A stretch of 64,000 nt of DNA from positions 1,088,001-1,152,000 of the forward strand of contig CAWIXE010000001.1 in the NCBI GenBank assembly GCA_963840035.1, in the 5' to 3' direction. The position numbers were made by a program, and so were the translations under genes. Every line of letters starts with the position of its first letter. The first letter of the stretch is position 1. Shown here piece after piece: positions 48,984 through 61,500 of this stretch. Under the pieces are notes generated by a model. The model did no database searches and was not told the origin of the DNA. It saw only the letters and a list, made by a program, of their open reading frames with translations. Origin of the DNA: a candidate division FCPU426 bacterium (GTDB lineage Bacteria; Oederibacteriota; PGYV01; Palsa-1178).

Positions 48984-51341
48984 TTATTTCACAAACGTTA
49001 TTTTTTTAACTGATTTTTTCTCGCTGCCCGAATCGGGTTTTATCACAATTTGCGCCAGATAGGTACCCGCCATGACTGTCCTGCCCGAGCTGTTTTTTCC
49101 GTCCCAGCTGTCATCGCTGTGCGAGCCCTGCGCCTTTGAAGCGCCGTCTACAACCGTGGCTATGAGCGCGCCGGTCAAGTCATATATTTTAATGGTGACC
49201 TTTGAGGTGCTGTCCAGGTAGTACGCGAACTTTGCCGGGGTGCCGGGCCTGAAAGGGTTCGGATAACCGGAAAAGGAAGAGGCTGAAGACTCGGAGGCGA
49301 TGAAGCCCGTGCCCGAGGACATGGGGAAAGAGTCGCCGGTTAAGGCGGATATGTAGATCTCCCTGTTCGGGTCCGTGTCCTGATTGGCTGATACCATGGA
49401 TGCCGAGTCAAGGACAAGCTGAAGGGATTTTACCTGCGGCGCGCCTGATAGGGCCGCGGTTATTGTGACGGATTCGGATGTATTAGCCGATGAAAGTAAA
49501 AGCGGAGAAGGGAATTCCAGGTAAATCAGCCCGCCTGCGGGCATTGATGTGACATCCAGTGTCCAGTATTGCGAAGTTACTGACAGGGAGGAAAGCACAG
49601 ACGATGCGTTAACAGCTGTGCCTGCAGAATCCCTGGAAGTTATGGTGACTCCGTGGATGAGGATGTTGCTTGAACCCCCGCCAAAGAGCATCGGGGAAGT
49701 GAAGGCCAAAACCGCAGCCTGAATGGAAGACTGCGATTTATAAATGTTCTTCGGCATGGCCGCTATGTGGTTTACCTTAAATGAGCTCGTAAGCAGCGCC
49801 AGATTGGAATTAAACGGCAGGGAGGAAGCGGACGCGGCAGGGACAGAGATAAAGGAGTTCTTGTCCCTCGCCTGGATTTCTGTCAGGGCTTCGATGCTTA
49901 TACTGAAATTATTCGCGATTGCGGCAGCGGCTATATCGGCTTTGATGGTGACTTTGTTATAGGAAGCTGGCGCGATGGATACCGGGTTGGCAAGCGGTAT
50001 GGTAATGGTGGAACCGGACGTTTCAAGCGTTGAGGAGGTCTTAAAGCCGTATGTGGCGTCACCTGAAGGGCTTACGAGGGATATCTTTGAAAATATGTCC
50101 TTCGGAACTATGGGATTGCCTAAGCTGTCTTTGACATGGATCCTTATGCTTGTCACCTCTATGTATGCTGAAGACGCGTCGCCGGGATTGGTAAGGGTGA
50201 GCACGGAGAGCGTGTTGTTTGTCTGGCCCTTGTTTATATTCGGCGGCATATATGTACCGTCAAAATCCACGTTTAACTGGGTGGCTTTCTTTTTGATGGC
50301 GGCGAATGTTGACTGAAGCGGAAAAGAGTCATATGGCGCAGGGTTAACAGGGCATGGTTTGCCTGTATAGGCGTCTATGGAATCAACGTCAGCCCCGGAT
50401 TCAAGGGTTATGGCAAAAGACTCATCGGCGGATGAAGGGTTGTCAGTAATCTTTATAACGACATTCGCGGTAACCGTTGTATTTGCTGGTATGTTTATAT
50501 TCACGGGTATCCGGATAGGTCTTACGTCGGATGGAAGGTAGGTCCCGGATATCTCGCCGTAAATGATGCCCTGGTCCTGATCCTGGATTTTTATTGAACT
50601 GATTATTTCATCGGGGACCTGGGAGGAATCCACTGTAATGGTAATGGAGTTGATCTGTACCGGGGCGGAATCAGTGCCTGAGTTATTTGTGAAGAAAAGT
50701 TTGCCCGCGATAATGTTGTCCTGCCCGGTGGATACAAATGACTGCATGTTACCGCCGGAGTGGTATATTTCAAGGTTGTTCGCGGCGGTGCTGGATGTGA
50801 CATACAGCGATGGCGGCGACGGGGGTTCGTTGACTGTGACAAAACCGGGTTTGTTTAAGAACTCGGCCGAGACAGTCTGCATCTGAATTATTCCGAAATC
50901 AGGAAAGCCCTGGATATCAGCCGTGACCCAGATACCGTCGCCTTCCGCCACAGGCTGCGCAATGGTACCCGTAGTCCACTGTGTGGCGCCGGATGAAAGT
51001 GACATGGCTGTAATGAATGATGTTGTGGAACCTGCCGGGTTAAATACGGGTGAATCAGGGGATACAATCCAAACTTTAACACCGCCCGCAACGATTGAAG
51101 CCGGCTGGCCGGCCATTAAACCGTATCCAAGGGAATTAAGCGTGTTCTTAACGGTAAGGGCCGTCATTGTGTCGGTGCCGTGGACTGTAAAATGAAAAAC
51201 CGGGTTGTTGGCAGTCGCGGCCTCAAGATACTGGTTCTCAAAACCTGTATTAAACACTGAGATGGAAGCAAGTGCTGAGAATAAATGGGGTGTAAATAAA
51301 AGAAATAGAAATAAAGGTAATAAAATTTTTTTGATTTTCAT
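48984..51341 (-). CDS. Secreted beta-rich protein with C-terminal FlgD-Ig/T9SS type-A-like sorting domain
   Basis: ATG at 51341 after AGGAG; signal peptide; C-terminal YPNPF...KIYDLTG..WDGKNSSG..V.AGTY..KKITFVK. Confidence 0.85.
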   Translation of the reverse strand: MKIKKILLPLFLFLLFTPHLFSALASISVFNTGFENQYLEAATANNPVFHFTVHGTDTMTALTVKNTLNSLGYGLMAGQPASIVAGGVKVWIVSPDSPVFNPAGSTTSFITAMSLSSGATQWTTGTIAQPVAEGDGIWVTADIQGFPDFGIIQMQTVSAEFLNKPGFVTVNEPPSPPSLYVTSSTAANNLEIYHSGGNMQSFVSTGQDNIIAGKLFFTNNSGTDSAPVQINSITITVDSSQVPDEIISSIKIQDQDQGIIYGEISGTYLPSDVRPIRIPVNINIPANTTVTANVVIKITDNPSSADESFAITLESGADVDSIDAYTGKPCPVNPAPYDSFPLQSTFAAIKKKATQLNVDFDGTYMPPNINKGQTNNTLSVLTLTNPGDASSAYIEVTSIRIHVKDSLGNPIVPKDIFSKISLVSPSGDATYGFKTSSTLETSGSTITIPLANPVSIAPASYNKVTIKADIAAAAIANNFSISIEALTEIQARDKNSFISVPAASASSLPFNSNLALLTSSFKVNHIAAMPKNIYKSQSSIQAAVLAFTSPMLFGGGSSNILIHGVTITSRDSAGTAVNASSVLSSLSVTSQYWTLDVTSMPAGGLIYLEFPSPLLLSSANTSESVTITAALSGAPQVKSLQLVLDSASMVSANQDTDPNREIYISALTGDSFPMSSGTGFIASESSASSFSGYPNPFRPGTPAKFAYYLDSTSKVTIKIYDLTGALIATVVDGASKAQGSHSDDSWDGKNSSGRTVMAGTYLAQIVIKPDSGSEKKSVKKITFVK

Positions 51342-51386
51342 AACGCTCCTTATAAGTGTGCGTTTTTTTGCCTTATATATATAACA

Positions 51387-51415
51387 ATTATAAAGCAAAA
51401 AACAGGGAAAGTAAA
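51387..51415 (-). promoter_or_regulatory. sigma70 promoter TTTACT-17-TATAAT
   Basis: Minus-strand motif just upstream of 51341. Confidence 0.55.
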
Positions 51416-51721
51416 GGCTTTGCGGCACAAAGAAAAACTATTTATTCTGCCAATATAATAAAGGTAAAACATCCGGCTGTAAATTTTGAATTGTAAAAAA
51501 TGAAGTCATTAGAAACGCTGTTTTTCCCTTATTTATGACTTTTTTATTTTGTAGGTATTATCGACCACTTCCGCGTTTTTACCTATAAAAATTGATAAAA
51601 CTCATTTTATTTCCACAATGTGAAACCACAGCGGGTTGTGTATGATATTTATATTTTATACAACGGATAGTATAAAAAACCCTTTTAAATAAAGAAGAAA
51701 AACTGAAATGCTAACACTACC

Positions 51722-51762
51722 ATTATACTTACTTGACAATACTGTTGTCAACTGAGTATAAT
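51722..51762. promoter_or_regulatory. 41-bp imperfect palindrome forming two overlapping divergent TTGACA-18-TATAAT promoters
   Basis: ATTATACTTACTTGACAATACTGTTGTCAACTGAGTATAAT. Confidence 0.75.
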
Positions 51763-51817
51763 TATATTACGTCTCTTTATGTGAGATTGCATATTTATAT
51801 TAAAATGGAGGTTTACC

Positions 51818-52093
51818 ATGACTAAAAAAGAATCGTTATTGCTTGAAAAAGTAAGCGTGGCTGACGCCGGCCAGGAAAAATCATTATTTACCATCAACGA
51901 TGTGGCCAAGATGCTCAATGTCCACCAGCAGACGCTGCGAAACTGGGAAAGGAAAAAGGTTGTCGTACCATTGCGCGCCGGAACACGGCGCATATACACG
52001 CCAGCCCACATTGAACTTTGCAGGAAAATAAAGGAATTTTCAGGCAAAGGCGTACCGCTCAAAGGCATTAAGGAAATAATAAATAACATATAA
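51818..52093 (+). CDS. MerR-family HTH regulator (short, HspR-like)
   Basis: FTINDVAKMLNVHQQTLRNWER...P.R.GTRRIY. Confidence 0.9.
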   Translation: MTKKESLLLEKVSVADAGQEKSLFTINDVAKMLNVHQQTLRNWERKKVVVPLRAGTRRIYTPAHIELCRKIKEFSGKGVPLKGIKEIINNI

Positions 52094-52111
52094 ATTATCC
52101 GGGAGGATTAA

Positions 52112-52471
52112 ATGAAAGTTAAGAAAAAGAAAATTGTTGTAAAGGCCGCGAAAAAAAAGGTAAAAAAGGCCGTGCCAACTGTGAAAGCTGATGCAAACAG
52201 GGAATTTGTCATTAAGAACTACATGGAAGACATAGTCAGGAGAAATGCCGCGGGACAGATATCGGAGAGGCCGGATATGTGCAAGTGCGTAAAGTGCAAC
52301 ATGGACGTTGTCGCGCTGGCGCTGAACCACCTTCCGTCAAAATATGTGGCGACACAGAAAGGCCATATATATACGAAGCTGCAGGAGATGGAGACGCAGT
52401 TTAACGCGGATGTCACCAGGGAAGTATATAAGGCGGTTGAATTCATACACGGGCATAAAAGGCACGAGTGA
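52112..52471 (+). CDS. comFB: ComFB-family protein with Lys-rich N-terminus
   Basis: NYMEDIV...CKCVKC..DVVALALNHLPSKYV signature. Confidence 0.85.
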   Translation: MKVKKKKIVVKAAKKKVKKAVPTVKADANREFVIKNYMEDIVRRNAAGQISERPDMCKCVKCNMDVVALALNHLPSKYVATQKGHIYTKLQEMETQFNADVTREVYKAVEFIHGHKRHE

Positions 52472-52590
52472 GGCGTATTTTCAATTTACAATTTAGGGCT
52501 GTGACATAAGGCACAAATCGCGGGTGACGCAGGGCACGGATATGAGACACGGAAAAGGTTATTATATATAATAGAGGGAAAGGATATTGA

Positions 52591-55500
52591 ATGGCCGGAG
52601 AAAGAGGCAATAAAAAGCTGACCAGAGCGGGGAAAATGACGGGAATGGCGCATATTGTTATGTCCGCTATTTTCATTTGTACGGTATTTTTCACGCCCGC
52701 ATTTGCCTCGGATAAAGCCAAAGGACCTATAGTCGCATACGACACGGCCACAGGCGGCTTTATATACAAAGGCCTAAGGTCATCCATAAATAAAAAACAC
52801 ATTTCAAAATTGAAAAAGATAAGGCCGGGCAATGTGCCCTCAAGCCAGCGCGGGAGTGAAAAACCCGAGGAATTCTCCGCGGATGAGGCTACGGCGCTGG
52901 AACTCTCTGGCCGTACGGATATTTCATCATTAAAAAAAGCCAGGTCTTCCTCAAGGAAGCTGTCGGATAAAGTCATAAGGGTTGAGCTCAGCGGCAAGGT
53001 TGACGGCGCGTGGTACAGGCTCAGCGCCAGGATACCCGCCGGCATGAACGTGGAAAAGATAATCAGGGACGACGGCATAGAGATAAGAAATAATAACCTC
53101 GCCTCAAACGGGCTTTATTACGACGGGGCCGCCGCGTATATGGAAGGCGACACGCTATATTTTTACGACGACCCGATAAGCGGATACTCCGTGGTGCTTA
53201 CGCCCTCGCAGGGATACTACTCCATCATGGTTGAAATCCCGCCTGGCAATGCCGGAGCCACCTCGCCGTGCGGCCAGCAGTCGGCGCTGATTTACCCCTA
53301 TAACGGGGAGACAGCCCTGGCTTCAGGCGCGGTCCCCGCGTCATATAAGGACCATATGGGAAGGGCAAACGATAATTTCGCCAATGACATAGATAACGCG
53401 GCGGGGGCCAAAATAGGGTTCCGTTTTACCAACACCACCACATACCAGTACGGCAATCCCGGAGCCGGGGCGACAAGCCAGACATACAACGACAACATGT
53501 TTACCATGGTGGCGCCCGCCACTTATACGCACCTGGCCTTTACGCCATGGGGTGAACCGGAATCGGTAATAATAGAAAGGTTCAGGCAGACGGATGAAAC
53601 CGTAGACAGGATTAATTTTGAGTTTACCAAAAAGACAATCATAAGGGGAAATAAAAAATGGTACGGCACGATCTATTATTTCCGGAATAACAGCGCGGGA
53701 AAGAATGCTACAAACGTAAAGTTCTTTCAGGGCGCTGACATGAATTTTAACGGCTCCATAAACAATGATAATTGCGCGTATTTATCCGCAAGCGATATTG
53801 TTTACGGCTATAAGGGGACGCTGGAAGCGATTAATCCTTCCTATTCATACGCGGGTTTCAGCGCCTTCAGGCATTCTGATTTCCATGACGCAAATGACTA
53901 TATTCAGATGTGGACTGACATAAGAGGATTGTATGTGCCAAATGTGGACGACCTGCCCAATACGCCTGCAACCACGGGAGACGCCGGAATAGCGCTCCAG
54001 TGGAACATGGGTAATATGGACAGCGGAACTTCGCAGAGGCTTGAAGTGATATGGGGCTTTGGAAATACCTTAAACGGCAAGACTTATGAGGATATGGTTG
54101 ATGAGATAAATTACGGAAAGTCAAAACTCCATGACACCGGAATATCGGAAATATCCAGCCCTGCCGACGGAAGCAGCTACGTGAATACCGACGGTTCCGT
54201 AACGGTAAACGGAACGGTTGTCAACTACGGCATAACTGACTGGACCGGGCTTCCGGTTTATGTGCTTGTAAAAGATGAAGCGGGGACAATAGTCAACGCG
54301 GCTGACCCGAATTCCATATGCGCTTACGTGGATCTGGCGGTTCCGAGCCCGGAAAGCGCCGCTGTGAGCTACAATGTGGACCTCTCCACCCTGGCGCCGG
54401 GCAAGTATACAGTGACCATGTTAACTGACCTTTCTAAAGATTCGTATGTGCTGCCTAATATCGCGGCTGTACCTGACCAAAATACAGCAAATGACTCAAA
54501 GACAATTACCATATATGTGGAAGGGATAAAGGTAACCCCGGAGAACACCATAATTTCAGGCGCGGGGCTCGCGGCTGACAGGACCCTGACAATAGAAAAC
54601 AGGACGCTTGTCAATGACAGGTATAATATAAAACTGGCGCAGAGTTCGCTTGGCTGGCCGACATACCTTTTAAACTCAGCCGGAACCGTTACAATTGCTT
54701 ATGACTCAAACGGCGATGGAACATGGGACTATATTAACAGCACTTATAATAACGACAGCGATGCCTACCCGGACATTAACGTGACCAGCATGGGAACGAA
54801 TTCAATTATTTTAAGAAAGATGGTGCCCGCGGGCGCTTACCCGGGCCAGATGGATTCAACATACCTTACATTTACAGGCATAGGCAACCCGAAGATTATG
54901 GCGTCAGTAATAGAAAAGACAGCTGTTACGGCAAATATTGCAGCAACAAAAACATTGTGGCTTCACGGAACAGTGATGCCGCCCGTTACCTGGCCGCAGC
55001 CGGAGTTCACATACAGTCTAACCACCCTTACTGATACTGCGGGGACAGGGACTTCCACGCCCATTAACAGGTACACAAGCAGGTCGTGGGAATTATCACC
55101 GGCCCTTTACAGGGATTTAAGGCTTACGGGGGATGTGGTATTCAACGCGTATATCCAGAATGCTGTGGCTGTAAATGTCAAAGCAGTACTTTACTACACC
55201 AATGGTGTAAATGACACCAAAAGAATAGGGGAATTGCCTGTAAACCTGGCTATACACGCGGGAGCGACGCTCATTCCCATAACCATTCCGGTTGCCGCGC
55301 CTGTGACCATACCGGCGGGATACAGGCTGGTGGTTACGCTTTTTAATCTCGGGAACAATAACGCGACAGTAAATGTTTACCATAATCAGGTAATAACCCA
55401 GGCCTCTAATTTAAGACTGCCTGTGGATACTTACGTGAACGTCGACTGGATAAGAAGTTTTGAGGACGGCACGCTTACAAGAACAGCCTATACTTATGGC

Positions 55501-58500
55501 GACAACATAAGAATCTCAGCGCTTATCTCGGACATGTTCGGCTCATATGATATTGATGACATTACCGGAGCCCGCATAACCATCAGGGATAATAATAATA
55601 ATGTTTACGGAACGGCTGACTCATTCATGACGCATGAGTACACGGACACGTCAGCCGTTTCCGGGTATAAGACATTCATTTCAGACATAACCCTTCCTGC
55701 GTCAGGCGCGATAACGGGGACATGGACAGTTTCGGTAAGCGGATATGAGACAAACGGCGTAAGCCATACGAAAACATATACATTCATAGTATCAGCGCCC
55801 CATCATGTAAATATATATCCCGCGGACATAAGCTCACCGATATACGGGACAGTGACCATGACAGCGCAGGTCATGGATTCTTATGGTAATTCGCTGGCGT
55901 TCCCGCAGTGGATTACGCTGACGGCTAACGCCGGCACGAGCGCATCATTTAACTCGGTGCCTCCGGGCTGGGCAATTCTTGGGCTGTCAGCTTACGGGCC
56001 TGCAGATGCAAACGGTTCCGCCATTTTCTCAATAACGGACGGGGTGGCGCAGTCTGTCACCATAACCCCAGGTTTCTCAGGTTCTACAGGCGACGGAATA
56101 TCAAACGCGCATTTCCTGGCAGCGCATCATGCCGTGGCATCGGTATCAGGCGGCGTGGCGGTTACCGGCACCGCGGGCACAGGGGAGACTGTCAGGATAC
56201 AGCTTGTGGACATACTCGGAAACCCGGTGGCGTCACAGCAGAATATAACGGTCAGGCTAAGCAATAATGGCATTATAATGTCATCTTCAGTATTAGGCTG
56301 GGATTTGTTATGGGGAAATTTTGCGTCTGGTATGACAAACGCAAGCGGTTATGTGGACCTTGTTGTCATGGATAACATTGTTGAAACGTTAACAGTCATA
56401 CCGGATACCGGCGTGAACCACTCATTTGACCGGGGAATAGACCTGTATTTTGTGGCGCAGGGGCCAGACCATGTGGAACTTGTTGATCCGGATGGAGGCA
56501 CCTTAACAGCGGGCTGTCAAAAGTTAATAAATATACGCGTTGTTGACGCGGACGGATATGCTGTTTCTGGCGGGCCTTTTAATATAGTTGTATCAGCCCC
56601 GCCAAAAGCCGTATTTACATCCACAACGCTTGCCGGGGCAGTGGCCGGAACCGGGTCCATTTCAGGAGCAACAGATGCCAATGGATTTGCCACGGCTACG
56701 CTTCAGGATTTTTATGCCCAGGCAGTTACAATAACGGCTGCAAGCAGCCTGGTTGGTTCGGTTGCCAGTCCTTCAAGGGATAAACCTTTACGCCTCGAAT
56801 GGTTTGCGGGAGTTGGCGACCATGTGGTGGCAAAGGCTGACGAGGAGTATGTAAATATAGGAACAACGGTAATTGTAAGGATGCAGGTGGTGGACCTTTA
56901 CGGGAACAGCGTAAGCGTAAGCCAGGCTGTAAATGTATGGACCATTAACCCGGCGCAGTTTACGGCAACAACGCTTGGCGCGCCGCTCTCCGGAGTGGCC
57001 TCAAACAGCGTATCCGGGACTACTGATGCTAATGGTTACGCTACAATCGTCATATATAATGAGACAGCCCAGACAGATATAATAACGGCAACAGGCCCGG
57101 GATTGCAGGGGATGCCGGAGACCGGAAGGGTTGTTTATACAAGCAACCTGCCGACATTGACCTTTTCCCCTACGATATCAGCCACATATACCGTGACAGC
57201 TACAAATACGCCTACATTTACCATCACGCGTACCTGGACGGCGTCTCCTGTTTATACATTCACAGGGACACGTACTTTAATGCCTACAAAGACAATAACT
57301 CAGACGTGGACAAGTACGTACACAGTAACGAAAACCAGTACGGCAACGCAGACCGGGACGCAGACTGTAACTCAAACAGCTACACAGACAACCACTCAGA
57401 CTGCCACGCCGAGCATCTCGCCGACATTTTCAGCCACTGTATGCATAGCGTATAATACCAGCGGAGGCAATAATGCGGCAGCGGGGCCTGCTTTTAACGT
57501 AAACAATATAACCGTCGCGAATGTTGCCAACAGGATCATGGTCGTCGGGGTGTGGCATGATGTCGCGTCAACTGTCACATGTTCCTACGGCGGTGTTGGC
57601 ATGACGCTTTATGCGTCTATAAATAATGGCGCTGGTTCTTATATGAAGATATTTATCCTTAACAATCCTGCGGTCGGCACCGCGAATGTCACCGGCACAC
57701 TGGTTCCGAATGCCCGCTCGGCGGTTGCGGTGGGCGTATATAACGGAGTTTCAGGGATAGGCGCTACGGCAAGCGATACGGCGGATAGCGCTACGCCATA
57801 TTCCATTTTGTTAAATACTACAGAAGATAATTCTTATCATGTGAGTTTCCGCGGTGACAGGACAAACGCTGCTTATACTGCGGCGGGTTCGAATTTACGG
57901 CTAACACAAAACGGAAATAACCGCAGTATTGCCATGGCGGATCGGTATGTTGCGACGGCCCTGACAGCCAGCACTATTAATTTTGCCCAGGTTGGCGGAA
58001 ATAGCGCTTCTGTGGGCTATTCGCTGGAACTGCTGGCTGCCTGCAATCCTACGCATACCTACACGCCGACAGTCAGTCCGAGTTTTACACAGACGCATAC
58101 GGTCACGCCTACACCTACAGTATCGCAGACAGTGACGCAGACTGTTACTCAGACTTTAACACAGACAGTAACTCAGACCGGGACACAGACTGTAACGCAG
58201 ACAGCAACACAGACAGCAACACAGACAGTAACTAAGACAGTAACACAGACAGTAACACAGACAGCAACACAGACAGCAACACAGACAGCAACACAGACAG
58301 CAACACAGACAGTAACACAGACAGTAACTAAGACAGCAACACAGACAGCAACGCAGACAGCAACACAGACGGCAACACAGACAGTAACACAGACGGTTAC
58401 ACAGACAGTAACTAAGACAGTAACGCAGACAGCAACGCAGACTATAACACAGACAGTAACGCAGACAGCAACACAGACAGCAACGAAGACAGCAACACAG

Positions 58501-61500
58501 ACGGTCACGCAGACAGTAACTAAGACAGTAACGCAGACAGCAACACAGACAGTAACACAGACAGTAACGCAGACTGTGACGCAGACTGTGACGCAGACTG
58601 TGACGCAGACTGTGACGCAGACTGTGACGCAAACTGTCACGCAAACTGTCACGCAAACTGTCACGCAAACTGTCACGCAGACAGTGACGCAGACTGTGAC
58701 TCAAACTATAACGCAAACAGTAACACAGACAGTGACTCAGACAGTGACTCAGACGGCAACGCAGACCATAACACAGACAATAACGCAGACAGCAACACAG
58801 ACCATAACGCAGACAGTAACGCAGACAGCAACACAGACCATAACACAGACAGCAACGCAGACAGCAACACAGACAGCAACACAGACAGCAACACAGACGG
58901 TTACACAGACAGTAACGCAGACAGCAACGCAGACAGCAACACAGACAGCAACACAGACAGCAACACAGACAGCAACACAGACAGCAACACAGACAGCAAC
59001 ACAGACAGCAACACAGACCATAACACAGACAGTAACGCAGACCATAACACAGACAGTAACGCAGACAGTAACACAGACAGCAACGCAGACGGCAACGCAG
59101 ACAGCAACACAGACAGCAACACAGACAGCAACACAGACCATAACGCAGACCGATACACAAACAATCACACAGACGGCAACACAGACCATAACGCAGACCG
59201 ATACACAGACAATCACACAGACGGCAACTGAGACAATAACGCAGACCGATACACAAACAATCACGCAGACAGCAACGCAGACAGTAACGCAGACAGTAAC
59301 GCAGACAGCAACACAGACAGCAACGCAGACAGTAACACAGACCATAACACAGACAGTAACGCAGACGGCAACGCAGACCATAACACAGACAATAACGCAG
59401 ACAGCAACACAGACCATAACACAGACAGTAACGCAGACAGCAACACAGACCATAACACAGACAGTAACGCAGACAGCAACGCAGACCATAACACAGACAG
59501 TAACGCAGACCATAACACAGACAGTAACGCAGACAGCAACGCAGACAGCAACACAGACAGCAACGCAGACGGCAACACAGACCATAACACAGACAGCAAC
59601 GCAGACAGCAACGCAGACAGCAACGCAGACAGCAACGCAGACAGCAACGCAGACAGCAACGCAGACAGCAACACAGACGGCAACACAGACAGCAACGCAG
59701 ACAGCAACGCAGACAGCAACGCAGACAGCAACGCAGACAGCAACGCAGACAGCAACGCAGACAGCAACGCAGACAGCAACGCAGACGGCAACGCAGACGG
59801 CAACGCAGACGGCAACACAGACGGCAACGCAGACGGCAACGCAGACGGCAACACAGACGGCAACACAGACGGCAACACAGACGGCAACACAGACGGCAAC
59901 ACAGACGGCAACACAGACGGCAACACAGACGGCAACACAGACGGCAACACAGACGGCAACACAGACGGCAACACAGACGGCAACACAGACGGCAACACAG
60001 ACAATAACGCAGACCGATACACAAACAGCTACCCAGACGGCAACTGAGACGGCAACACAGACAGTAACGCAGACCGATACACAAACAGCAACGCAGACGG
60101 CAACACAGACAATAACGCAGACCGATACACAAACAGCTACCCAGACGGCAACTGAGACGGCAACACAGACAATAACGCAGACCGATACACAAACAGCAAC
60201 GCAGACGGCAACTGAGACGGCAACACAGACAGTAACGCAGACCGATACACAAACAGCAACGCAGACGGCAACACAGACAATAACGCAGACCGATACACAA
60301 ACAGCTACCCAGACGGCAACACAGACGGCAACTGAGACGGCAACACAGACAATAACGCAGACCGATACACAAACAGCAACGCAGACGGCAACTGAGACGG
60401 CAACACAGACAGTAACGCAGACCGATACACAAACAGCTACTCAGACAATAACACAGACTGTTACAGAGACCATTACACAAACAATTACACAAACAATTAC
60501 ACAGACAGTAACAGAGACAAATACACAGACTACAACTGAGACCATAACGGAAACGATTACCCGGACCCTGACGCAGACAGTAACTCAGACTATTACGGAA
60601 ACTGAGACTCAAACTATAACGCAGACTCAGACACAGACCATAACTGAAACAACCACCCGGACTATAACAGAAACTATTACGCCGACCTATACTGTTACGC
60701 GGACAATTACGCAGACAATCACTGAAACTGCCACGGCAACAATAACCCCGACAAACACTCCCATGCTGCCGCTTGATATTGGCAAAAGCGCGTCAGCAGC
60801 TAATCTCGACAGGGGAGAGACCATAACATATACGCTCAACTACCAGAACATGACAGGCCAGAACCTTAATAATGTTGTAATTTACGACACGGTTCCTGCG
60901 GACCTTACATATATAGACAGCTCGCCTGTTGCGGTTTTATCGTCGGGTGTTGTGGAATTTAACCTTGGAACAATCACTACAGGCTCATCCGGCGCTGTTT
61001 CATGGAGGGGTTATGTAAATGCGGGAACGGGCTACAGTACTGTAATTAATAATATAGCTGTAATAGATGACGACAGGCCGGGCGCGCCTGTCGTGGAGTC
61101 AAATAATGTGTCATTTACTGTGCTGCAAAATACTCCGACAATAACAGAAACATCAACGCCCACCGCGACACAGACTGTAACTGAAACAATGACGCAGACG
61201 GCGACGGAAACAGCCTCACAGACAGCAACGCAGACAGCAACGCAGACAGCAACGCAGACAGCAACGCAGACAGCAACGCAGACAGCAACGCAGACAGCAA
61301 CGCAGACAGCAACGCAGACAGCAACGCAGACAGCAACGCAGACAGCAACGCAGACAGCAACGCAGACAGCAACGCAGACAGCAACGCAGACAGCAACGCA
61401 GACAGCAACGCAGACAGCAACGCAGACAGCAACAGAGTCTATTACTGAGACCATCACGCAAACCATGACACAGACAGCCACGGAAACGGCCACGGAGTCT

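Noticed and set aside
51605..51645. DnaA-box-like TTTCCACA/TGTGAAA words suggesting oriC
   Set aside because: No perfect TTATCCACA cluster and no dnaA or other origin-linked genes
52495..52560. c-di-GMP-I riboswitch-like words (GGCA...GACGCA) upstream of the giant ORF
   Set aside because: Lacks the GNRA-capped P2 stem and the GCAAA consensus; cannot be supported without a covariance-model search
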